A DNA stretch of 64,000 nucleotides from Isurus oxyrinchus (lineage: Eukaryota). Positions 25,179-35,688 of this stretch are shown in pieces. The translations under genes were made by a program, and so were the position numbers. Positions within the stretch are counted from its first letter, which is position 1, and every line of letters begins with the position of its first letter. The notes under the pieces are model-generated. The model saw only the letters and a program-made list of their open reading frames with translations, was not told the origin of the DNA and made no database searches. The stretch is taken from NCBI GenBank assembly GCA_026770705.1, contig JANJGN010000056.1, positions 1,302,001-1,366,000 of the forward strand, given 5' to 3'.

Positions 25179-26536
25179 CTGCCTGGACGGGAGTTACAGA
25201 ATTTGATCATACATCAGGCTGAGTCAAAGCAAATCGTTTAATTGAGGAGTTTTTGTATGTGTTATTGCAGCCTGTAATATATTGTGAGAAATGAACCTGA
25301 AATAATAAATGGGAAGGTTTGCGATCGAGTTGTAGGAAGCCGAGAAAAACAACAAAAGCTGAAGGGGTGGAGGAAGTGGATGCAGGATTATCGCGGGTGC
25401 TTGAGGTGATGAGGGTACAAAGGATGAATGTTGGGCCCAGGGGACCACAGGAGGATTTAGTTGGAGATCGGAAAAGTCAGGAGTGATTGAAACGTAACTT
25501 TGAAACCCAATGCTAACGGAGGAGCCAGGCAATAATAGGGCGGCCCAGGGGTGATGGGAGAACTAAGGAACACGTATGATTGGGAAGAACCTGAGGTGAT
25601 GGTTGTGTTAAGGACAGGGGTGTGATCTGGATGTTTTCCCTATTTCTCTGCTAACTAGAACAGGATGCATTTCTGGGAAGGAGTGTTTAAACATTACAGT
25701 GCAGCAGTTTTTAGGAAAAGTGACTAAGTAGTTTTTCTTGTAAAGTAAAAAAATTAAAGGAAATGATTAAAATGCATTTCTTACGAAGTGTATCGAGATG
25801 TCATTCTTCAAAGACACACACAAGCAAACACAAACACACAAACACACACGTTAGAACTCTAGGGAACTAGTATACGCTTCGATTATTAGAAGCTTGGAAC
25901 AGAAGCAGGCCCCTTCATTATATTCCTTAAGATGGTACTTGATTTTCTCCTTTTTGAAGACAAATGGAGGTTGCAAAATTATGGTTATTAGTCTAAATTG
26001 TAGTTATGAAGAAATATATCAAAAGGTAGAACTTGTTAGCCTCTTTATATCACCTGCACTGATTCCAAACATTGTGCTTCTTTTTCTTGGATGGGCATAT
26101 CTTCCCTCAAGTGTTTCTTCCTTTCTGAGAATAACTGACTTCCATATATTCAAAAATGATGTCAGCTATTCAATGTTTCCAGAAGATATCTGTTGCACCA
26201 CGTCAGTTGTAAAGATTATTTTTACTAACATAAGCTTACTTCCTGACCCGTGACCATCGAGTTCGATTTTATGTCTCCATACATTAACATTCCCATTACA
26301 AGCAAGATGCAAACCCCTCCTCTATCCATCTTCCAGAGAGATGTAATGTGACCATGACAGGGGAGAAAGGAGAGTGGGTGGGGGAAGGGATGATGAGTGA
26401 GAGAGGTGTGCAAAGGGAAAGCTGGTTTCACATTTGACGACGAAGCACGTCCCGGCACACAGAAACCTGACTCTTGTAGTGTGTGCACTCTTCCAGAGGA
26501 GAGACAAGAAATTGGACATCTCACCTAGCGTTGGAC

Positions 26537-27460
26537 TGACACACACACACACACACAAACACACATGCACACACATGCACACCCATTCAAATAAACATAC
26601 ACACAGGTAAATACACATGTATATGAAAACATTGGAACAAACACATGCAGGCACATACAGACGCAGCGGCAAACACACTCACAGAAACACACACCGACGC
26701 CCATCCCCAGAAAGACACAAACNNNNNNNNNNNNNNNNNNNNNNNNNNNNNNNNNNNNNNNNNNNNNNNNNNNNNNNNNNNNNNNNNNNNNNNNNNNNNN
26801 NNNNNNNNNNNNNNNNNNNNNNNNNNNNNNNNNNNNNNNNNNNNNNNNNNNNNNNNNNNNNNNNNNNNNNNNNNNNNNNNNNNNNNNNNNNNNNNNNNNN
26901 NNNNNNNNNNNNNNNNNNNNNNNNNNNNNNNNNNNNNNNNNNNNNNNNNNNNNNNNCAGAAAAACACACACACACACGCACACACACACACATGCGTGTG
27001 TACACACTTAGAAGTACAGGCACAAACAAACAAACACTTACATATGAAAATGACACAGAGACACAGCAACAAAGCACATGCACACACAGAAAAAATACAC
27101 ACGCACACACAAATTCACCCCTATGCACAAACAGAGAGACAAACACACATACGCAGAGAATAAAAGCACAGAGGCTCATGTACTCATGATCTTACTCACT
27201 CTTCCTGCCTCTCTCTATATCGCATAGACACGTATATTCCCATGCTCCACCACACCTCACATACACTCACATACAGCCACACTCACATCCACACATACAC
27301 ACACGCACATACACACACACATACACACACACACAAACACATACACAGACACTCACACACAATCACATACACTGGCACACACTCGCATAGAAGCAAGCAC
27401 ATAGAAAAATACAGACAGGCGCAATCACACACATACGTCATGAAAAACCAAGACACACAC
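26537..27460. repeat. CA-rich compound microsatellite containing an assembly gap (N 26723-26956)
   Basis: Seen directly. Confidence 0.95.
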
Positions 27461-27474
27461 ATTTGGTTCATTCA

Positions 27475-28060
27475 TGCCCTTTATGGAATGAATTCTGCCA
27501 TCGTAACCTGGTCTCGTTTAACTGTGAATCCAGACATGCTTCAGTGTGGTTGACCTTTTAATGAGCTAATAAATCAATCAGATATGTCAAAGAGCTGAAA
27601 ACCTCAAATAAAGGAATGAAACTGAAAGCCCACACAAATTCGAACTATGCACTGTAAACAACAAAGTAAACTCACCCCTCTCGGCCCTGCAATAACTTCG
27701 TTATTGATATTGGGGCTAAAGTCATAATTGAGAATTAAGTTTTTAGATAAGGTTATTTAACTGAGAGCTTGGTTCATGATGGAGATGAGCTTCGAAATCA
27801 ATAAGAACTATTAATTTGCAAAAGATAAACTGCTTGAATCGTTAAGGTAGCAAAACTGCTGTCAATCAAGCAGGGTGCTTTGTCCTAGATTTAGTCAATA
27901 TTGTTGGATGTTATTGGAACATAACTTATCCAGACAAGTGTAGTATTTTCCAATCACACTCTTGATTTGCGCCTTGTAGAAGAGAGACGGGCTAAATGAC
28001 ACGGAGTGTTTGTTGGATAATTATTTACTGTCAATGATCATTGCCTGTCGCTGGTGTCAG
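27475..28060. mobile_element. Old LINE (L2/CR1-group) fragments; paralog at ~55375-55960
   Basis: Words such as tgtgaatccagac...tgtggttgacc and atcacactcttgatttgcgccttgtaga recall fish/shark LINE sequence. Recognition from memory only. Confidence 0.35.
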
Positions 28061-30529
28061 GCGAATATAACTTGTCGGTTTTCAGCAGAGGCCTGGGTGT
28101 TGCCCAGGTCCTGTTAGTTACACATAGGCAAAGATTTCTTCAGCATCTGTTGACTCGCAACTTTTGCTTAAGCTTGCGCAAATATGAGTGGATGCTCTCT
28201 CCACCCCCCGCTCCCCAAACCCAAACCCTTTCTGAGCACATGATGGAGAGAGATTCAGTGATCAAGTGGATTAAGGTGGTTGCGCCCCGGACTATGACTT
28301 CAGCATCTCCTGCAGTGATATCAAGAGGCTGAGGTGGGTGACTTGCAAAAATAAAAATCCTTTGTGCTCGGCATACTACAATCAGTAGAGACTCCCCCAA
28401 GCCCCTTACATGTATTGACTCAAATTTTGCTTGTGTTCCCTGCTAACATAAAATGACAAACGTTGTATTGATATGAAGCACAGTCGCTCTCGCATCACAT
28501 CATGAGTTCAGCACCAATGTCCATGTCTGTATCAAATCTGAACGAAGAGCTGGAGCTCAGACAAAACACATAATGAGCGTCAATGAACAGTCTTATCGCG
28601 TAAAGGCTGGTATTTTAGTTGCACTATTACAACGTGGCTAGGAAAGATTTTTCAGGGACACTGATCTCCAATCCAATTGGTGAAATCTGACAGGACCCAT
28701 ATCCTCTCGCATCATCAAGCCCCTACAGTTGTTTCTTCATATCACGCTATGTGAATCACATAGGCTGAAGACTGGCCCCTACGATGTTGCCATCTTAAGA
28801 ACGAGGCCGGAATGTTCCATCGACTCCTCACTTCAACCTGAATGTGGCTGCAAATTTTTTTGCCATTTTTTGGCACTGATGTGCTGAGCTCCACAATCAT
28901 TGTCGATGAGGATATGGGTGGAGTGTCCTTTGATCACTCTCCAACAGTAAAGGAACGATTTCAAGTTATCAGAACCGTCGTTTGAGAACAAAGTCAACAT
29001 CCTTTTATACATCAAATGATTGTGTTTATGCTCTCACCAAAGCAGTCACAACGATTTGGCAATATGTATTTATTTCGAGATGCATGCCCTGAATTGAGGG
29101 TTAATAAGCTCATAAAGGTTTCTGTAAACTAAATTAAACATGAAATAACAGCAGTTGGGATTAAAAGCAAATGCATAGGTTTACAAATTAACACAATAAT
29201 AAATCCTAAAACGCCTAATTAATTTGGCTTCCATTTACACCCTCGTTAAGGCAACAGTAAAACAAGAAACACATCCCGGCTAGTCACACATCACCCTGGA
29301 CAGAATAATTCAAAGTGGCGTTTTTCACAGCTTGGATTTCTGTAGACAGCAGCCTTATGCTCAAACGATGGGGGCTTTTCCCAATTATGTTAGATTTTTC
29401 ATTGCCTCCTCTAACTGCAAAGTTCCACATCCTTGTTATATGTTTCTCCCTTTAACTGAAAATTTCATTTTCCCCAAATATCTGTTGAACATTACTTTTT
29501 TCCGTACAGAAACTCATTACATTGTGCTAATGTTATTGTTAACCTTTTTGAAAACAAAATAAATGCACCTCTTTGCTAGTCTTCACGGTCTAGGTGTTAC
29601 ATCCTCTATGAAATTCAAACTACCCAGATTTAACTAAAATGCAGACTCTACACATCTCACATTCCAACTCTTCAGCCACGTTTACATATTTTGCATTTCA
29701 AAACTTCCTAACTTTGTTGACTCAAGGCCTCCAGACTTAGTAAATTAAATCTCACAAACACACTGAAACTATCTAAAACCCAGTATTAACCTACCTATAA
29801 AATAATATCACGAGAAATATTAGATATTCGGTAAAATATGGTTTAAATGGATTTCTAAAATACATAACATCAAGCCCTCAAGGTGGCTATTGTTTTCATT
29901 ACTGGACACAACAATTTTGCAATAATTTGAAAGCATTTGGACGGTTGCAGAATAATTTCACCACTATCGCTCTAAGGAAGATAATTATAAATTACTTAGC
30001 AAGATCGTAGCATTTGAAGAGGGAAAGTTTAAATATGGCTCGCTAGGGAGAGAGTTAATTAACTTCATGGAGGTTTGAGTTTATTGTAAACAGGGCCGAG
30101 TGAATTGGTTTGTAAATGCTCAATAGGAAAGGGTTTGTAGGCCAGGGGCCGCTGACGGTTCAATAGTCCTTGGGGAATGAGATGGTAATTGACCTCTAAT
30201 TTGAGTTGAGGGAGGAGTTCCAAAGAACACATGCGCAGGAGGTGTTGGTCAATGAGTCTCTAAACACACCCAGGCGATCAGAATCTGTTAATAAGCCCTT
30301 GAGGGTGCAGGGCTTATTAATCCTAGGCACAATGGTAGAGGGGGGAGGTAGGTGGGGCGGTGGAGGGGTCTGTGTGGAGGTGGGTGGGGTGGGTGGTGGA
30401 TGGTATGGTTTTGGATGGGGGGTGGTGGTGGTAAATGAAACTAAGGACCAGGGGGTGGATTATTAAATCCTGGGAAGAGGGAACAGGAGTGTGCAGACGC
30501 AGATGAAACGTATAGTGAATACTGCTTAA

Positions 30530-30615
30530 GAAAGAAAGCAAGAAATGAAAAAGCAAAAAAGCAAGAAAGAAGAAAGGAAAGAAAGAAAGACAGAAAGAAA
30601 GAAAGAAATAAAGAA
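30530..30615. repeat. (GAAA)n-like purine tract; paralog at ~58470-58555
   Basis: Seen directly. Confidence 0.9.
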
Positions 30616-31229
30616 GAGCAGCAACTTAATTTACCCATTGGGCCAGTCCCTTGTTTCAAACTCAGGAAGAAAATATGGATCAATATATTCAGTTTATGGG
30701 AGCGTTAACTTAACTGCGCTGGGTTCAAGCGGGTTACAAAGAACACCAGGTAACGGTCGCTGATTTAGGAATGCCGGTTAGGGGCCCATATTAGTTTTCC
30801 ACGATGGGATTGTTCTCATGAATAAAAACTGAGAGAGAGGGGGCAGTGTTGTGAACCTTGATAGAGAGGAAACTATTTGAAAGCTGTGGAAATTGGGGGC
30901 TGGATCTTTAATCTCAAGTGAGGGGCTGATAAGTAACAGGGTTGCCTGGAGCTACGGAAAATGGTGATTTATGTCAGTGAGTGGGCGTTCGCTAATATAG
31001 CCTGGTGGTAGGCTGGCGGTAAAAATGGTAACAATATTGGTGACAAACGGGGCGGGGGGGGGGGGGGTGGGGAGAGGTGGTGGGTGGGGGTAATAACGCC
31101 GGGGAGATGTCGCAAGTTATTTAACTCCTGGGCAAGCATGTGCTTTTATAAATGCATGAAGGAGACTTAGATTAGGAAACCCTGGGCAGAGACAGAATCT
31201 TAAAAGCCAACGGCCTGGAAAACAGTTTA

Positions 31230-31506
31230 ATACTCTAAGTGGCAAGGGAATGGTTTATTAAAAAGTGGGAGGAAAGTGAGGATGGGGGAGTTAATTCATC
31301 CTCCGGGAATGGTCTCAGATGTGATTCAGGGAGTTTTGATCATGGTTTTCAAGAGGAAATTGGTCTTGAGCTTGAAAGGGGAATATTTACCGGGCTACAG
31401 GGGAAGGGTGGAGGACGGGGGCTATATGTATAACATTTGCAGGCAGCCAATACAGATGTGAAGATCTGAATGGCCTTCCTTTCTCCTGTAAACATTCAAT
31501 GATTTA
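31230..31506 (+). mobile_element. CR1-type LINE 3' end fragment; paralog at ~59165-59440
   Basis: Ends ...gaatggccttcctttctcctgtaaacattcaatgatt, resembling the CR1 3' UTR followed by an (ATTCTATG)-like tail. Confidence 0.5.
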
Positions 31507-31924
31507 CAGATTAAATTTCCAGTCACAAAATGTTTTACTCGTTCTGCCATTGACAGTAACTGCATTTCTACTTCGTAACCGAGTTATTTTTCTGTAAAGG
31601 TGAGAGTGTCTCTCGCTCTAGTCCCTTTTCAGACAATGCGTTCCAAACTGCAACCAGACATTGAATGAAAAAAAGGATTACATTTCAGTATAACTATTCC
31701 AAAAGTTTCATTGAATCTATTTAACCTGGAGATTGGCCTCTGTTCATACCATCCACTGCCTCCAGGTCCCTCATAATACTTTAACGCTGAATTATTGGTG
31801 GGAGGGTATTGATGGAGTGTATAATGCAGTGCAGACAGAAATATGAGCTGTCCATTATTTTTGATTAAATCAGAAAACCATCAACGTATTGGCACCAATT
31901 TACTGAAGGGGATCCTTGAAAAGT

Positions 31925-32418
31925 TAGTCAGTGGATATCGGATTCATCTACAACTATACAACATCGTATGAGCTGCAGACTAAAGATCTGGATCAGTGGG
32001 TACATGATTCAGATTCACCTCAGCAACATGCCAATGACTGCGGACTGGAGATCTGGACCATGGCATACAGGATACAAAACCTTCTGCGCAACAACCCATG
32101 TACCATTGACTGCATACCTGGACCGATGGAAAGAGGATTGAAGTCCATCTCCAACCTTGGCTGCTGACTCCAGACTGAAAATCTGGATCAGTGGCTACAG
32201 TATTCACGTTCAACCCCACAACATCCCAGGCTACACCAGGATGGAGATCTGGATAAGTAGAGACAAGATTCATATCCCCGTCCAACACATCGCTGCTCAT
32301 GCAAGCTGGAGATCTGTATCAGTGTATACAGGGATTAAATTCATCTCCAAAATATAATTGCTACTGTAGGCTGGAGATCTGGATCAGGGGATACAGAATT
32401 TAAATTCATCTCCAAAAT
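31925..32418. repeat. Diverged ~65-bp tandem repeat, about 8 units; paralog at ~59876-60368
   Basis: Core ctggagatctggatcagtggatacag...attcatctccaa recurs near 31930, 31980, 32046, 32115, 32176, 32242, 32307 and 32371. Confidence 0.8.
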
Positions 32419-32427
32419 TTTTAGAGA

Positions 32428-33105
32428 TAAAATCAAAAAACTGTGGAAGGTGAAAATCCAAAAAGAAGACAGAAATACCTGGAAAAACTCAGCAGGTCTG
32501 GCAGCATTGGTGGAGAAGAACAAATTTGACGTTTCAAGTCGTCATGACCCTTCAACAGTACTGAGTAAAATTAGGAGAGGGGTGAAATATAAGCTGGTTT
32601 AATGTTGGGGCGTGGGCACGGAACTGGGTGGGGGTGGGGGAGAGATGTGCGTGCAGGGTGTGGCTGTAGAGACAAGCAAGCAGTAATAGAAGCTGATAAT
32701 CAAAAGCTGTCCCAGTCAAAAGAACAAAGAGGTGTTGAAGGTGGTGACATTATCTAAAATAATGTGCTAATTAAGAATGGATGGCAGGATGCACAAGGTA
32801 CAGCTATAGTGGAGGTGGGATGAAATAAGACTAAGAGGACATAAAAGGTATAGATTTACATATAATGGAAATAGGTAGGAAAAGAAAAATCTATATAAAT
32901 TATTGGAAAAAAATGGATGGCGAAGAAACAGAACGGTGTTGGGGATGGAGGAGGGAGTTCAAGATCTAAAGTTGTTGAATTCAGTATTCAGTCTGAAAGG
33001 CTGTAAAGTGTCTAGTTGGAAGATGAGGTGTTGTTCCTGCAGTTTGCGTTGAGCTTCACTGGAACAATGCAGAAGGCCAAGGACAGACATGTGGGCAAGA
33101 GAGCA
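32428..33105 (-). mobile_element. Older 5'-truncated Penelope-like element (end of GIY-YIG domain + 3' region with decayed hammerhead at 32524-32562)
   Basis: Homologous to 34832-35505 and shared with unit C, so it predates that duplication. Confidence 0.85.
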
Positions 33106-33790
33106 CGCAGCATCGTAATTAATCCAGAAATTACAATCTTTGATGAGCTGCTTTTCAAGCTGCCACCTTGCTCCCTAAAGTCTTGTTGCAGGTCCCCATC
33201 CCGATTGGTACTTAGGACGCATATGAACCAATGCATTTGGCTGCACGCCCTCCCCATTCAGAATTCCTTGGAGCAGTAAAATGACAGTCTTGACCCTGGT
33301 TCCAGGGAAGTAACGCACCATCCTGGAGTCACGCCTGTGGCCGCTGATACGCCTGACTCTGACCTAAACTACTGTTGTTCCTCGCTTTCACCACCCCCCA
33401 GACTTTGCAGGAATAAACACTTTCACCATTTTCCAACACAAAGCAAGAATCTGTTCTTAAAAGAGACAGACTCTGTGCCTTTCCTGACTATTTACTTGCT
33501 TCCCTTCTTCTGACTTTGGTCACCCATCCCTTGTCTGACTGCACATCCTTAAACTGTGCGGTGACTGCATGTAATTGAAAAAAACACATGCTATCCATAT
33601 AAGTCTCGGACACCGGAGTGCACGACTGTGCATCCAGCTGATTGTTGAGCTCCCAAACCCGGTTCTCAAGCGCGTTGAAAGGGTCCCACATTCTCCAGAT
33701 ATGGTCATCCATGCAGCCAAGTGTGCTTTATCTATGTCAGCCTCTATCTCAGACTTGCTGATCAGCTGTAGCGACCGTGAAGCACCGAAA
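33106..33790 (-). mobile_element. CR1-type LINE ORF1 remnant (coiled-coil N-terminus + SGNH esterase-like domain); paralog at ~61056-61740
   Basis: DDHI...LENRVWELNNQL...WVTKVRRR (ORF 33488-33712), RRDSRMV and QDFREQGGSLKS...KIVISGL (ORF 33012-33257) match CR1 ORF1 motifs. Confidence 0.7.
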
Positions 33791-34269
33791 ACAGCTTCCT
33801 GATTGGGGAAGAAGGCCCCGAGTTACCAAATGAAGTCCCAGATTGGCTGGGCGGATTTCGCGGATTATGTCAGGAGAATGTCAGCGAAATACCAAATAGT
33901 TTGAGTGAATCGTGGTTCACCTGGTCAAGCATTCTGATTGGATGAGGTGGCTTTCAACAATGGGGTGAATGAAATAATAGAGTGGCTGTGGTGGTTTGGG
34001 GTAATGTTTGTGTGAGGCCCTGGGTGAAGCTCCGGCTTGACTGTGCTACCTGTCAGGCAGTGGGCAGAGCTCCTGGATTCGCTGCGTCTCTGAATAATAT
34101 GTAGAACCGATACTTCATGACAGTCGTTAACTGCTGTCTGATCATACTGCACATCTCTGTGCAGTATCTTTAATTCATCAGCATAAATTTGGCACGTTAA
34201 CATGTATAGTCAGGATATCTATAGTAAACTAATTTTAACATATACGAATATATAAGATTCCCCATCCAG

Positions 34270-34493
34270 GAATGTGATTTGGTGCTGGTTAGAATACAGT
34301 CATACAGGGTGTTGATAAGTGAGTGGATTTAGTGCTGGTGAAAATACATTCAGCAGATCATTGATAAGTGAATGAGAATTAGGGCTGTTTAAAATACATT
34401 CCGCAGAGTGTTGATAAGTGTGTACTGGTGAAGATACATTCAGCAGATTGGTGCTAAGTGAATGGGATTTTTCACTGTTTAAAATACATTCAG
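34270..34493. repeat. ~50-bp minisatellite, about 4.5 units (unit B paralog)
   Basis: Same unit as 7015-7437, with fewer copies. Confidence 0.9.
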
Positions 34494-34926
34494 CTGCCAT
34501 TTCCATGTCCCCCATGCTTAATGCCCAAATCTCATCCACGATGTGACTAACATTTAGTTCCTCTTTTGTTTCATGTGTGTTTGAAGGCACTTTTAATGTA
34601 TGTTGCCACATTTCTTTCCAGGCATGTGCTAATGTCTCCAACTGAATTGTCTTTGGGAACTGTTTTGCATGTGCCCACATTTTATCAGTCTTCTTGCCTA
34701 ATGCTAATCTTGGCTTCATTGTGCACCGTTTCTTTCCAGCTATAAAACGCGTGCCTTTCTGAGTTAGCCATGGGGACATCACCGTTAATTTAGTTGATGA
34801 CCATTCCTAGAATAAACTACTTTTTAATTATAAAAACAAAAAACTGCGGATGCTGGAAATCCAAAACAAAAACAGAATTACCTGGAAAAACTCAGCAGGT
34901 CTGGCAGCATCGGCGGAGAAGAAAAG

Positions 34927-34965
34927 AGTTGACGTTTCGAGTCCTCATGACCCTTCGACAGAACT
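34927..34965 (-). ncRNA. Minimal type I hammerhead ribozyme motif in the PLE 3' terminal region
   Basis: Minus strand AGTT-CTGTCGA-A-GGGTC-atgag-GACTC-GAAA-CG-TC-AACT, on the same strand as and downstream of the endonuclease ORF. Palindromic ACGT stem III. Confidence 0.75.
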
Positions 34966-35358
34966 TGATTTCGGGTCCGAGAAAGAGTTGAAATTTAAGC
35001 TGGTTTAAGGTGTGTGTGTGGGGGGCGGAGAGATAGAGAGAGAGGGGGGGGGGGGTGTGGTTGTAGGGACAAACAAGCAGTGATAGAAGCAGATCATCAA
35101 AAGATGTCAGCGACAATGGTACTAAAGAACACATAGGTGTTAAAGTTAAAGTTGGTGATATTATCTAAACGAATGTGCTAATTAAGAATGGATGGTAGGG
35201 CACTCAAGGTACAGCTCTAGTGGGGGTGGAGGGAGCATAAAGATTTTAAAATATTTAAAAATAATGGAAATAGGTGGGAAAAGAAAAATCTATATAATTT
35301 ATTGGGGAAACAAAGGGGGGGAAACAGAAAGGGGGTGGGGATGGGGGAGGGGGGGAGC

Positions 35359-35688
35359 TCACGACCTAAAGTTGTTGAATTCAATATTCAGTCCGGAAGG
35401 CTGTAAGGTGCCTAGTCGGAAGATGACGTGTTGTTCCTCCAGTTTGCGTTGGGCTTCACTGGAACAATGCAGCAAGCCAAGGACAGACATGTGGGCAAGA
35501 GAGCAGGGTGGAGTGTTAAAATGGCAAGCGACAGGGAGGTTTGGGTCATTCTTGCGGACAGACCGCAGGTGTTCTGCAAAGCGGTCGCCCAGTTTACGTT
35601 TGGTCTCTCCAATGTAGAGGAGACCACATTGGGAGCAACGAATGCAGTAGACTAAGTTGGGGGAAATGCAAGTGAAATGCTGCTTCAC
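35359..35688 (-). CDS. GIY-YIG endonuclease domain of the Penelope-like element (5'-truncated, no RT)
   Basis: FTC-x-S-x-NLVYCIRCSQCGLLYIGETKRKLGDRFAEH...PVACHFN...RKLEEQHVI..LGTLQPSGLN: VY...YIG core, conserved R, E and N, CCHH pattern; uninterrupted. Confidence 0.9.
   Translation of the reverse strand: MKQHFTCISPNLVYCIRCSQCGLLYIGETKRKLGDRFAEHLRSVRKNDPNLPVACHFNTPPCSLAHMSVLGLLHCSSEAQRKLEEQHVIFRLGTLQPSGLNIEFNNFRS

Larger units (their letters stand above)
5847..29039. repeat. Tandem segmental duplication, unit A
   Basis: Starts aagcagtcacaacgatttggcaatatg and is colinear with 29040-56939 throughout (paired ORFs offset ~27.9-28.1 kb). Lacks a ~470 bp block and a ~3.7 kb block present in B and C. 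Confidence 0.95.

Noticed and set aside
26322-27553. Overlapping long ORFs (also 54276-55453, 23009-23345)
   Set aside because: These are translations of CA/TG microsatellites and N-gaps.
30340-30435. G-rich runs as functional G-quadruplexes (also ~31050-31090, ~58260-58375)
   Set aside because: They are length-unstable between units and not tied to any gene feature; composition alone is not evidence.
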